Assembly (NCBI GenBank): GCA_025965755.1
Contig: JAOPWI010000214.1
Span: 1 to 54,300 of the forward strand
Direction of reading: 5' to 3'
Length of the DNA: 54,300 nt
DNA from: Frankiales bacterium
GTDB taxonomy: Bacteria; Actinomycetota; Actinomycetes; Mycobacteriales; SCTD01
The notes under the pieces are model-generated. The model did not search any database, was not told the origin of the DNA, and was given only the letters and a program-made list of their open reading frames with translations. The number at the start of each line of letters is the position of its first letter. Position 1 is the first letter of the stretch. Position numbers and translations under genes: made by a program. Positions 35,391 to 44,812 of the stretch are shown piece after piece.

Positions 35391-38300
35391 TCATGCGTCG
35401 CTCCGGGGCAGCCACAGGGTCACGACGCACGCGCCGGACCGTTGCGCGCGCGCGTCGATCGTGCCGCCGGTGGCCTCGATCAGCGTGCGGGCGAGGAACA
35501 GCGCCCCCGTCAGATCCGTGGTCTCGAGCGTCCCGACCCGGCCGGCGGGAAGCGGGGCGAACAGGTCGGCGGTCGCCGGCCAGGCGGGGCCGGCGTCGCG
35601 CACCTGCACGGCGACGCCGTCACCGATGCATTCCACGTCGATGCTGACGGCGGTTCCGGCGGCGCAGCGACGGGACGTGAGGTCCAGCACGGCCGCGACG
35701 GCCTGCTGCAGCGCGACCCGATCGGTCAGCACGCGGACGTCGTCCTGACCGCTCAGGGTGACCGCATTCGTGGTCGACAGACCCGACGCTTGCAGCGAGG
35801 CCGCAAGCTGCGGCTGCAGCAGCAGCGGCTCGAGGTTCACGGCGTGACGCAAGATCTCTCCCCGCGCCTGGTCCAGCAGTTGGTCCAGGTGCCGGCGGAC
35901 CTGCGCCGTGCTGTCCGCCAGGGCCAACAGCGCCTGCCGGATCTGGACCTCGGGCAGGGCGGTCCACGACGCGGCCAGGCGATCACTGGAGATCGACAGG
36001 GTGTTCAAGGGCTCGCGGAGCCGGGCTTCGGCGGTGGCCAGCACCATGGCCTGCGCATGCTGGTGCCGCTGCACCGACCGGTGGCGTTCCTGCTCGGCCT
36101 CGGCGAGTCGCTTGTGGGAGATGCGTTCGCCGAGAATCTGGGCGTAGAACGCCACGGTGTCCAGGGTGTGCCGGTCGACCTCGACGACGCTGGCGCTCGC
36201 GGCACAGAGCGTGCCGACCAGCTTTCCGTCGTCGTCCAGGATCGGAACGCCCAGGTAGCTGCGGATGCCGAGGTCCGTCGCGGCGGAGCATGTCGGGAAC
36301 GTCTCGCGGGCGTCCCTGAGGAAGACCGGCCCGTCGGTGATGGCCCGCGAGCACAGCGAATCCGACCAGCTCACCTGCAGCCCCTCGGTGATCTGCAGAT
36401 CGCCGGTGTTGCTCGCCACCAGGATGTCCTGCCGCCCGTCGGCGACATGGGTGAGGTAGGTCGACTCGAGGCCGGTCATGCGCCGCAGGTGCTCGAGCAG
36501 CGGGCGCGCCAGCTGGTCGATGCCGGCCGGGTCGACCGGCCGCAGGTCGGTTCCGGGCACGTGCGGAACGTCCGGAGCAGGAAAGCCGGGGAGCGGTTCG
36601 TTCTGCCCGAGCAGGCCCACGAGCTGGGCGGCGTCAACCGGCCGGGCGAACAGGTAGCCCTGCGCGAACTGACATCCCTGCGCCCGCAGGAACGCCAGCT
36701 GGGCAGGGGTCTCGACGCCTTCCGCGACGACGTCCAGGCCGAGGCCGCGGGCCATGGCCATCATGGCGACGACCAGCGGCGCCCCTGCCTGCTCGTCGCA
36801 TTCCTTGACGAAGGACCTGTCGATCTTGAGCCGTACGAACGGCAGCTGCCGGAGCTGGCCGAGCATGGAGTAGCCGGTTCCGAAGTCATCGATCGACAGG
36901 GCGACGCCCAGGTCGGCCAGCTGGCGGAGCACGGCAACGCACGCTGACGCCTGCTCCACCGCGGCGGTCTCGGTCAGCTCGAGGTCCAGCCGCTGGGCGG
37001 GAACCCCGCTGTCCCGCAGGGCCTGGGTGACGTCGTCGACGAACCGGCCGTCCAGTTGAACGGCGGAGACGTTGACGGCCATGACGAGGTGGCCGTAGCC
37101 GGCCGCGTGCCACCGGGCCAGCTGGGCGCAGGCGGTGTCCAGCACCCACTTGCCAAGCGGCACGATGAGCCCGGTCTGCTCGGCGAGACCGATGAACTCG
37201 TCGGGGCGGACCAGGCCCCGGGTCGGGTGCTGCCAGCGGACCAGCGCCTCCACACCGACGATCTGCCCGGTGCTCACGTCGACCTGCGGCTGGTAGCGCA
37301 GCTCGAACTCCTGCTCGTCCAGAGCCCGCTGCAGGTCGGCCTGCAGAGCCAGCCGCTGGCAGAGCACGTCCTTCATTCCCTCGCGGTACATGACCAGCCG
37401 GCCTGGCCCGGCGGCGACCGCCGCCGCGAGCGCCACCCGGGCCTCGTGCAGCAGGTCGGAGGTGCTGCCGTCGACCGTGCCGGCCGCGCCGATGCTCACG
37501 CTGAAGCGGGTCGCGTTCACCGCCTCGTCGGGGCGCTCCAGTGCCGCCATGAGCCGCTGCGCCACGGGCAGCAGGCTCTCCGGCTGGTTGCCGCGGCTGA
37601 TCACGGCGAACTCGTCGAGGTCACTGCGAGCCAGCGTGGCGTCGTCCCGCAGGCTGTCCCTCAGCCGGTGGATGATCTCCTGGACGAGCTTCTCCCCTTC
37701 CGGCTCGCCGCGCCCGGTGGTGACCGCCCGCACGTCGTGGACCCGCACCAGCAGCAGGCCGCGGAACGTGGAGTCCGCACCCGGCCGGTCCAGCTCGTCG
37801 CGCAGGCCGGAGGCGTTCAGCAGGCCGGTCATCGCGTCGTGCCGGCTGCTGTGCTCGGCCAGGTCCGCCACGGCGGTGCTCTCGGTGACGTCGTGGAAGG
37901 TCGCCACGGCACCCAGGCACGCGCCCGACTCGTCGTAGAGGGGTCGGGCGGAAGCGACGAACCGGGTCCTGTTGCCCCCTGCCTGGGTCACCGTCAGGGC
38001 CTGCGATTCCACGACCTGCCCCTGCAGCGCCCGGGACAGCGGGGCCTGACTGAGCGGCAGCGGCGCGCCGTCGGGGTGGGACAGGACGAGGTCCTCCAGG
38101 CGCTGGCTGCTCTGGCCGTCGAGCCGGCCGCTCAGGCCGAGCTTGCGCTGCAGCGCGCCGTTCATGAGGATGATCTGCCCTCGGGGGTCACAGGCCGCGA
38201 CACCTTCGGTGAGTGACTCCAGGGTGGCGTCGAGGAACAGTCGCTGCCTGGCTGCCTCGGCCTGCGCCTCCAGGACCTCGCTGACGTCCCGGACGAACGC

Positions 38301-39614
38301 CGACAGCCGCCAGCCCCCCGCGTCCTGGCGGAACGAGGTGGCCAGCTCGACGGTGAACCGGTGGCCGTCACGGCGCTGGACCATGCGTCGGGGCCCGTCG
38401 ATCCCGAGCGACGGACCCTGGATGAGCTGCTTGACGACTGCGCTGAACGTCCCGTGGAGCTCCGCGGGAATGATGAGGTCCGCCAGCCGGCGCCCGCGGG
38501 CCTCCGCAGCGGACCAGCCAAAGGTCCGCTCGGCCTGCCGGTTCCACTGCGTGACGCAGCCGGCCTGGTCGAACTCGATGAAGGCGTCGTGGCCCTGTTC
38601 CACGACCGCCCGGGCCTGTTCCTGGCTGGCGCGCAGCATGGCGGCGTCCTGCTCGCGGGCCATGGCGTGTCCCAGCTGCGCGGCGATCGACAACAGCGCG
38701 CGCTCGTCGACCGGAACGGCCCGGGTCGGATCGCCGAGGAACTGCAGATGGCCGACGACTCCGTTGCGGGCCAGCACCGGAAGGCTGACGAGCTCGTCGC
38801 CGCCGGGTCGGCCGCCCGCCTGCTCGGGGGCGAGAGGATGGCGCGTCAGTCCCTGGTACGCCGCGGCCGACGGCGGGTTGCTGAGCGCCGCGACCGCCTG
38901 CGCGGTGGACGCCCCGACGGTGGCGCCGAACCACTCACCTGCCGTCCAGGGCCCCTGCGTGCCGGGCACCGCAGCGAGCAGACGGCCGGCGGACCAGCCG
39001 GTGACGGCGCAGAGGCGGTCGATCGTGACCTGCACGACAGTGCCCAGGTGCTCGGCCTCGCTGGCGACCCGGGCGACCTCGTGCACCGTCTCGAGCAGCT
39101 GCTCCTGGCGGGCGTGGGCGGCCTCGACGACGCGAGCCTGCGTGAGGTCCTCGACGTGCGCGATCAGGTAGAGCAGCCGCCCGGTGACGTCCTCGACCCG
39201 GGTGCCCTCCACCCGGACCCAGACGACGTCGCCGTCCGGCCGGACGTAGCGCTTGGTGAGTCGAAGGGTGCGCCGCTCGCCCGCGGCCAGCTGCCGGCGA
39301 CCCTGCGTGGTCATCTCCCAGTCATCGGGATGCGTGAACTCGTTGATGGACAGGCGCTGCAGTGCCGGTTCATCACGCCCGACGAGGCGGCAGAAGGCGC
39401 CGTTGCCGGCCAGGATGCGTCCCTGCGCGTCGACCACGGCCGTGGCGATCTGCGCCTCGTAAAAGGCGTTGCGGAACAGACTCTCGAGGTAGACGGCCGC
39501 CGGCTGACTGGAAAGCACCGTGCTCCGTTCTCGATGTGGCGGCTTCGCGCCAGTTGTCCCCTCAGCCGTGTGGCCCAGCGTTCGGTGCATCGGCTCCGTC
39601 GCTGTCGGAATCAA
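35391..39614 (-). CDS. 1407-aa multidomain signalling protein: PAS-GAF-PAS-PAS-GGDEF(degenerate)-EAL-GAF-histidine-kinase-like (degenerate)
   Basis: The GGDEF motif is replaced by SDLDEF. The EAL motifs are all present ([31 protein letters not shown]). A GAF domain follows the EAL. The C-terminal DHp-like box reads [12 protein letters not shown] with no His at the canonical position. The HATPase-like region lacks the N-box Asn and has DAGPA instead of DxGxG. Confidence 0.85.
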   Translation of the reverse strand: MIPTATEPMHRTLGHTAEGTTGAKPPHRERSTVLSSQPAAVYLESLFRNAFYEAQIATAVVDAQGRILAGNGAFCRLVGRDEPALQRLSINEFTHPDDWEMTTQGRRQLAAGERRTLRLTKRYVRPDGDVVWVRVEGTRVEDVTGRLLYLIAHVEDLTQARVVEAAHARQEQLLETVHEVARVASEAEHLGTVVQVTIDRLCAVTGWSAGRLLAAVPGTQGPWTAGEWFGATVGASTAQAVAALSNPPSAAAYQGLTRHPLAPEQAGGRPGGDELVSLPVLARNGVVGHLQFLGDPTRAVPVDERALLSIAAQLGHAMAREQDAAMLRASQEQARAVVEQGHDAFIEFDQAGCVTQWNRQAERTFGWSAAEARGRRLADLIIPAELHGTFSAVVKQLIQGPSLGIDGPRRMVQRRDGHRFTVELATSFRQDAGGWRLSAFVRDVSEVLEAQAEAARQRLFLDATLESLTEGVAACDPRGQIILMNGALQRKLGLSGRLDGQSSQRLEDLVLSHPDGAPLPLSQAPLSRALQGQVVESQALTVTQAGGNRTRFVASARPLYDESGACLGAVATFHDVTESTAVADLAEHSSRHDAMTGLLNASGLRDELDRPGADSTFRGLLLVRVHDVRAVTTGRGEPEGEKLVQEIIHRLRDSLRDDATLARSDLDEFAVISRGNQPESLLPVAQRLMAALERPDEAVNATRFSVSIGAAGTVDGSTSDLLHEARVALAAAVAAGPGRLVMYREGMKDVLCQRLALQADLQRALDEQEFELRYQPQVDVSTGQIVGVEALVRWQHPTRGLVRPDEFIGLAEQTGLIVPLGKWVLDTACAQLARWHAAGYGHLVMAVNVSAVQLDGRFVDDVTQALRDSGVPAQRLDLELTETAAVEQASACVAVLRQLADLGVALSIDDFGTGYSMLGQLRQLPFVRLKIDRSFVKECDEQAGAPLVVAMMAMARGLGLDVVAEGVETPAQLAFLRAQGCQFAQGYLFARPVDAAQLVGLLGQNEPLPGFPAPDVPHVPGTDLRPVDPAGIDQLARPLLEHLRRMTGLESTYLTHVADGRQDILVASNTGDLQITEGLQVSWSDSLCSRAITDGPVFLRDARETFPTCSAATDLGIRSYLGVPILDDDGKLVGTLCAASASVVEVDRHTLDTVAFYAQILGERISHKRLAEAEQERHRSVQRHQHAQAMVLATAEARLREPLNTLSISSDRLAASWTALPEVQIRQALLALADSTAQVRRHLDQLLDQARGEILRHAVNLEPLLLQPQLAASLQASGLSTTNAVTLSGQDDVRVLTDRVALQQAVAAVLDLTSRRCAAGTAVSIDVECIGDGVAVQVRDAGPAWPATADLFAPLPAGRVGTLETTDLTGALFLARTLIEATGGTIDARAQRSGACVVTLWLPRSDA

Positions 39615-39697
39615 CGGTATGCCGGGCGGGAGGCTCCCCCGGAAACTTGGACGTCCTTAGCGTCTCGCTAACGCGAGTCGCCCGGGCTCCGCCCGTG

Positions 39698-39743
39698 CTG
39701 CGCGCGCACCGGCCGGCGGGCGTGACGGCCGGTGCGCGCGCAG
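39698..39743 (-). terminator. Strong GC hairpin immediately after the glutamine-synthetase-like gene
   Basis: Perfect 17-bp arms CTGCGCGCGCACCGGCC / GGCCGGTGCGCGCGCAG with a 12-nt loop, 7 nt past the stop codon. No U-tract, which is common in Actinobacteria. Confidence 0.6.
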
Positions 39744-39749
39744 CCGTGG

Positions 39750-41132
39750 CTACAGGGCCAGCAGGTAGCGGTCGCGCTCCCAGGGGGTGACCTGGGCGTG
39801 GAAGGCGTCCCACTCGCCGTGCTTCATGTCGACGTACTCCTGCACGAAGCCGCCCGGGAACACCTGGTGCACGAGCGGGTCCGCCTCGAACGCCTCCACG
39901 GCCTCCAGCAGGGTGCGCGGCAACCGGACGCTGTTGGTGCCCGGCTGCGACCGCCCGTCGGTGAGCGCGGCGTCGACCGGGTCACCGGGGTCCAGGGCCT
40001 GCTGCACGCCCTCGAGGCCGGCAGCCAGCAGGAACGCCGCCGCGAGATAGGTGTTGGCCGCCGAGTCCACGACACGGTTCTCGATGGCCGGGCGGTTCAC
40101 CGGCAGGCGCAGCATGCAGGAGCGGTTCTGCTCGCCGTAGGCCGACCACACGGGAGCCCAGGAGGCCGAGCCGTCGGCGAGCCGGGGATTGAGCCGCTTG
40201 TAGGAGTTCACCGTCGGCGTCGTGATTGCCGACAGGGCGCCGGCGTGGCGCATGATGCCGGCGGTGAACCCGTACGCGATCTTGCTCCAGCCCTTGCCCC
40301 GCGGGTCGCCCGGATCGCGCATGAGGTTCTCGCCCGTGGTGGCGTCGGCGAGGCTCATGTTGTAGTGGTGGCCCGAGCCCCAGGCCTCGGTGTACGGCTT
40401 GGGCATGAAGGTGGCCAGCAGCCCGCACTCCTTCGCGATCTGGCGGGTCATCAGCCGGAAGAAGGAGAGGCGATCGGCCATCTCGAGGGCCGGCGCGTAG
40501 TCGAAGTCGAACTCGAACTGGCCGTTCCCGCCCTCGTGGTCGAAGCTGTAGACGCCGAAGTCGGTCTCCTGCATCGCTGCGACCATCCGGCTCAGGAACG
40601 GCATCGCATCCAGCGTGCTCTCCAGGTCATAGGCCGGCGTGGGGGACATCGCGCCGCTGCGCGCCATGGGCACCAGGTAGCCGTCCGTGCGCTCGAGCGA
40701 CTCGGGCAAAAAGGCGTAGAACTCGGTCTCGATCCCGAGGTTCATGGTGAACCCGGCGGCTGCGGCCCGGTCCAGCTGGCGCTTGAGGATGGAGCGCGGG
40801 CAGTGCACGAAGGGCTCGTCCCCGGCGAAGAGCAGGTCGGCGGCCATCCAGGCAAACCGCCGGTCCCAGGGCAGGACCCGCAGGGTGGTCAGGTCGGGCA
40901 TCGCGACCGACTCGTCCTCGTTGGGCGTCATCTCCCCCAGGCCGCTGATGCCCCGGGGGGTGTAGCGCTCGGAGCCGGCCAGCAGGTTCGGCAGGTGGTC
41001 GATCGGCACCACCTTGGACTTGCTGCGCCCGAAGACGTCGATCCAGCCGCCGACCGCGAACTCCACGCCGCTCGCGGCCAGCTGCTCGGCCAGCGCCCGG
41101 TGGGCCGGGTCCATCTCACGCACGGTGTCCAC
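39750..41132 (-). CDS. Glutamine synthetase family protein (GlnA3/GlnA4-like gamma-glutamyl-amine ligase)
   Basis: 460 aa. Typical GS catalytic-domain sequence (..NLGIETEFYAF.., ..FMPKPY..GSGHHYNMSL..). GTG start is preceded by GAGGAG. Confidence 0.8.
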   Translation of the reverse strand: MDTVREMDPAHRALAEQLAASGVEFAVGGWIDVFGRSKSKVVPIDHLPNLLAGSERYTPRGISGLGEMTPNEDESVAMPDLTTLRVLPWDRRFAWMAADLLFAGDEPFVHCPRSILKRQLDRAAAAGFTMNLGIETEFYAFLPESLERTDGYLVPMARSGAMSPTPAYDLESTLDAMPFLSRMVAAMQETDFGVYSFDHEGGNGQFEFDFDYAPALEMADRLSFFRLMTRQIAKECGLLATFMPKPYTEAWGSGHHYNMSLADATTGENLMRDPGDPRGKGWSKIAYGFTAGIMRHAGALSAITTPTVNSYKRLNPRLADGSASWAPVWSAYGEQNRSCMLRLPVNRPAIENRVVDSAANTYLAAAFLLAAGLEGVQQALDPGDPVDAALTDGRSQPGTNSVRLPRTLLEAVEAFEADPLVHQVFPGGFVQEYVDMKHGEWDAFHAQVTPWERDRYLLAL

Positions 41133-41422
41133 TCGGTCTCCTCGTTGGGGGACGCGTCAGGCACGTGCACGTCACACGTGGCATATTCGTCGTCCCGGGG
41201 AACCGTAGAGTCGAGGTTCGACGATGTCGAGGCAAACAACAATTGTTAATCGAACGGCAACACGGCTGCCCCGGCGCGCGGATCCCGGCCGGGCGGTGAC
41301 CGCGCGACCCGGTGGTTCGGCGTCGCGGGCGGCGCGCGTCCGGCGCTCCGGGCGGGGTCGACACGAGGACCTGCCGCCCCACCTCCCGACCGCCCAGCCA
41401 GGCGCACAGCAGGATGCGCCCC

Positions 41423-41866
41423 ATGCTGGATGAGATGGACAAGCGGATCGTCCGGCTTCTGCAGCGCAACGCGCGGGTGCCGAACACCGAGATCGCGCGG
41501 ACGCTCAACGTCACCGAGACCACCGTCCGCAACCGGGTCAGCCGGCTCCTGGACGAGGGGCTCATCGAGATCGTCGCCGTCCTTGACCCCAAGGCGGTGG
41601 AGGCCAACATCTCGGCCTTCCTGGCCCTGACCGTGCACCAGTCGCAGGCCGAGCAGGTCGCCGAGAGCCTGCGGGAGCGGTCCGAGGTGCGCTACGTCGC
41701 CAGCGTGCTGGCCCGCGCCCAGATCCTCGTCGAGGCCTTCTTCCGCGACCACGAGCACCTGCTCGCCTTCCACACGGGCTTCCTGCCGACCCTGACCGCC
41801 GTCAGCTCGGTCGAGACCTCGATCGTGCTGCGCGTGCACAAGCTGTCGTACGAGTGGGAGATCTGA
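41423..41866 (+). CDS. Lrp/AsnC-family transcriptional regulator
   Basis: MLDEMDKRIVRLLQRNARVPNTEIARTLNVTETTVRNRVSRL HTH, then a RAM-like C-terminal domain. Start chosen at the ATG at 41423, with AGGA 8 nt upstream; the ATG at 41414 is also possible. Confidence 0.85.
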   Translation: MLDEMDKRIVRLLQRNARVPNTEIARTLNVTETTVRNRVSRLLDEGLIEIVAVLDPKAVEANISAFLALTVHQSQAEQVAESLRERSEVRYVASVLARAQILVEAFFRDHEHLLAFHTGFLPTLTAVSSVETSIVLRVHKLSYEWEI

Positions 41867-41885
41867 CCGCAGGCGCAACCTGCGG
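41867..41885 (+). terminator. Short hairpin directly after the Lrp gene stop
   Basis: CCGCAGG-cgcaa-CCTGCGG, a 7-bp stem starting 1 nt after the TGA. Confidence 0.3.
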
Positions 41886-42102
41886 CGCGTCCTCGTGGCC
41901 TGGCCGCGAGCGGCGCGGACAGGCCCACTGCACTCCCCCCGCGGGGGTTCTGCGCGTCCGTCGCGTCACGGTGGGGCTCCCTCCTGGGGCGTGCGTGTCG
42001 TTCCTGTTCCGTCTCCATGAAGATCGTTCACCGGGACCGGTTCGCGGCTTCTGCGGCCCGCAAGATGGCGACCCGACTCGCCCCCCCAGTCCGAGGAGCT
42101 CC

Positions 42103-44274
42103 ATGCCCGCCCCCCTCCGCCGGCTCGTACCGCTGGCCGTCGCTGCCTCCCTGGCCGCTGCCGCGCTGGCGAGTACCCCCGCGCTTGCCGCCCCCGACGT
42201 GTCCGCCAAGGCCCTCGGCCCGTTCGTGCTCGAGGAGGCGACGATTGCCGACGTGCGGTCAGCGCTGCTCGCGGGCCGGACGTCGTGCAGCGCGATCGTC
42301 GACACCTACCTGGCCCGGATCGGCGCCTACGACGATGCCGGCCCGGCCATCAACTCGCTCATCGCGGTCGCCGACGACGCCCGTGCGCAGGCGGCGGCGC
42401 TGGATGCCCGGTACGCCGCCGGCGGGCCCGTCGGCTCGCTGCACTGCATCCCGATGGTCCTGAAGGACAACATCGACACCAAGGACATGGCGACGACTGC
42501 CGGGTCGAAGACGCTCGCAGGGTCCGTGCCCACCCGCGACGCCACGATCACCGAGCGGCTCCGCGCCGCTGGCGCGCTGGTGCTGGCCAAGGGCAACCTC
42601 GACGAGTGGGCGCACGGCGGCATGGCCGGCTACAGCTCCGTCAACGGCCAGACCAAGAACCCGTACGACCTGACCCGCTCGCCCGCGGGATCCAGCGGCG
42701 GCCCGGCCGCTGCGGTCGCCGCCAACCTCGCGATGGCCGGAGTCGGCAGCGACACTCTGGGCTCCCTGCGCGGACCCATCGACGCCGAGTCGCTCGCCGG
42801 CGTGAAGCCCACGCTCGGGCTCATCAGCGGCGCGGGCGTGGTTCCGTTCTCGCTGACCTTTGACGTCGCCGGCCCGCTGACCCGGTCCGTCGCCGACAGC
42901 GCGGAGATCTTGAACGTCATTGCCGGTGTCGACCCCGACGACGCCCGCACCGCCGCGGCGCGGGGCAAGGTCGCCGCCGACTACCGCGCAGGCCTGACGC
43001 CCCACGCGCTGCAGGGCGTCCGTATCGGACTCCTGCGAAACCTGGTCACCGGAGGCAACACCGCAGTGTTCGACCAGGCGCTCGCGACGATGCGTCGGCT
43101 CGGCGCGGAGATCGTCGAGCTGCAGGCACCTGCCGCCATCGGCCAGCTGTCGACCGACTACTACACGATCATCTCCCAGACCGAGTTCAAGACCCAGCTC
43201 GGCGAGTACCTCGCGAGCCGCCGGCCCGGCGCCGCGGTGACGTCGCATGCCGACGTCCTGGCGGCGAGCTCGCAGCCCGGCTTCGGCATGGCTCCGGCCG
43301 TGCTCGCCCGCCTGCAGGCGGAGGCCCGGCGGGGCACGCTGAACGAGCCCGAGTACGTCAAGGCGGTGCAGACCGGTCCGCAGGCCATGCGGGACGTCGT
43401 CGACGGCCTGCTCGCCAACAACGACGTCGACGTGCTGCTGCACCCGGCGTCCACCGCCTCGGCGATGGCCAGCCTGTCGGGCTACCCGGCCGCGCTCGTG
43501 CCGGGCGGCACCAACGCCGCCGGCATCTCGGTCGGTCTCGCCCTGCAGGGCGCCGCCTTCACCGAGCCCCGGCTGCTCGGGTACGCCTACGCGTTCGAGC
43601 AGGCCGCGCAGGCACGGACCACCCCGGCGCTGACCCCCCGGCTCGCGTCGACGCCGTCCGCCACCCCGACCGTCACCGCAACGCCCTCGGCCACGCCGAC
43701 CGCGACCACGACGTGCGGCACCAAGCCCGTCCTCACCCTGAGCAGCACGACGATGTCCGCCACCGGAGCCACCGGCGTCTCGGTGAGCGGCGCGCCGGGC
43801 TCGACCGTCGACCTGCTCGCCTACACGCGCCCGTCCACCAGCTACCAGGTCGTGCGCAGCGGCACCGTGGCGGCCGACGGGACACTGGCGTTCCCGGCGC
43901 TTGCGCCGCCAGCCAACACCCGGCTGTACGCGCGAACGCGGGGCTGCCCGGCCAACCCGGCGGATGACAGCCAGGTGCTCCACGTCCGCACCACGCTGAC
44001 CCTCACGGCCAGCCGCCTCGGCGCCAAGAGCTACGAGTTCAGCGGTGCCGCACTCCCGGCGCGGCCCGGCGGCCTGGTCGTGTCGCTCTACCGGATCGCG
44101 GCCGACGGTCGGCAGGTGCTGGCCGCGCAGACGCGGGCCAGCGCCACGACCGGCGGCTGGACGATCCGCCGGACCTTCACCGGCTCCGGCCGGTACGGGT
44201 TCGTCGTGCGCACCGGACAGGACCTGCAGAACGCTGCAGGCGCCAGCAACGTGCGCAGCACGCTCGTCTTCTGA
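42103..44274 (+). CDS. Secreted amidase-signature-family amidase with a Thr/Pro linker and two C-terminal beta-sandwich-like modules
   Basis: Signal peptide MPAPLRRLVPLAVAASLAAAALASTPALA. AS motif GSSGGPAAAVAA with upstream K (VLKDN). Linker ATPSATPTVTATPSATPTATTT. ATG at 42103 is preceded by GAGGAG. Confidence 0.85.
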   Translation: MPAPLRRLVPLAVAASLAAAALASTPALAAPDVSAKALGPFVLEEATIADVRSALLAGRTSCSAIVDTYLARIGAYDDAGPAINSLIAVADDARAQAAALDARYAAGGPVGSLHCIPMVLKDNIDTKDMATTAGSKTLAGSVPTRDATITERLRAAGALVLAKGNLDEWAHGGMAGYSSVNGQTKNPYDLTRSPAGSSGGPAAAVAANLAMAGVGSDTLGSLRGPIDAESLAGVKPTLGLISGAGVVPFSLTFDVAGPLTRSVADSAEILNVIAGVDPDDARTAAARGKVAADYRAGLTPHALQGVRIGLLRNLVTGGNTAVFDQALATMRRLGAEIVELQAPAAIGQLSTDYYTIISQTEFKTQLGEYLASRRPGAAVTSHADVLAASSQPGFGMAPAVLARLQAEARRGTLNEPEYVKAVQTGPQAMRDVVDGLLANNDVDVLLHPASTASAMASLSGYPAALVPGGTNAAGISVGLALQGAAFTEPRLLGYAYAFEQAAQARTTPALTPRLASTPSATPTVTATPSATPTATTTCGTKPVLTLSSTTMSATGATGVSVSGAPGSTVDLLAYTRPSTSYQVVRSGTVAADGTLAFPALAPPANTRLYARTRGCPANPADDSQVLHVRTTLTLTASRLGAKSYEFSGAALPARPGGLVVSLYRIAADGRQVLAAQTRASATTGGWTIRRTFTGSGRYGFVVRTGQDLQNAAGASNVRSTLVF

Positions 44275-44277
44275 GTC

Positions 44278-44321
44278 GTACGGGAGGGGCGGTCCGCTGA
44301 CGCGGGCCGCCCCTCCCGTAC
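44278..44321 (+). terminator. Strong hairpin after the amidase gene
   Basis: 15-bp perfect arms GTACGGGAGGGGCGG / CCGCCCCTCCCGTAC, beginning 4 nt after the stop. Confidence 0.6.
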
Positions 44322-44486
44322 GCGCGCGTCGCCCGTGCAGGACGTGGTCGCCCCCGAGGGCCGGCCGGCTGGACCCGGCCGCATCCCGGGAAGGCCGTGG
44401 CCGGATGTCCTTGCCATGCGTGGGGGCAGGGAGGACGGTTGCCACAGGGATCTGCGGCGGTGCGTCCGCGGAGGGCAGGACGTTGC

Positions 44487-44759
44487 ATGACCAGACATAC
44501 CGGCACGGTGAAGTGGTTCGACGTCGTCAAGGGCTACGGGTTCGTGACGCGCCCTGAGGGCGAATGGGACGTCTTCGTCTACGCCGCTGCCGTGCTCTCG
44601 AGCGGGTGCGGGCCGGTGCAGGCGGGCGACCGCCTGGAGTTCGACGTCGTGGACCACGGGAGCGGGCCCGGAGCGGAGAACATCCTGTTCGCGTCCCCGG
44701 GTGCGCTCCGGACCGGTGGGGGCCCGGCGGGTGTTCAGCCCCCCACTCGGGCTGCCTAG
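44487..44759 (+). CDS. Cold-shock-domain protein with a C-terminal Gly/Pro-rich tail
   Basis: GTVKWFDVVKGYGFV (RNP1-like) and DVFVY (RNP2-like). ATG at 44487 is preceded by GGAGGGCAGGA. Confidence 0.8.
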   Translation: MTRHTGTVKWFDVVKGYGFVTRPEGEWDVFVYAAAVLSSGCGPVQAGDRLEFDVVDHGSGPGAENILFASPGALRTGGGPAGVQPPTRAA

Positions 44760-44812
44760 CTAGCGCCCCGCCGGGCAGCACGTGGACCGCCGGGCCCGTT
44801 GCGACGGCCGGC

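Noticed and set aside
41935-41947. C6-GC-G5 palindrome in the amidase 5' region as a possible riboswitch or attenuator
   Set aside because: A single short GC palindrome with no alternative pairing partner or conserved flanking structure that I could see.
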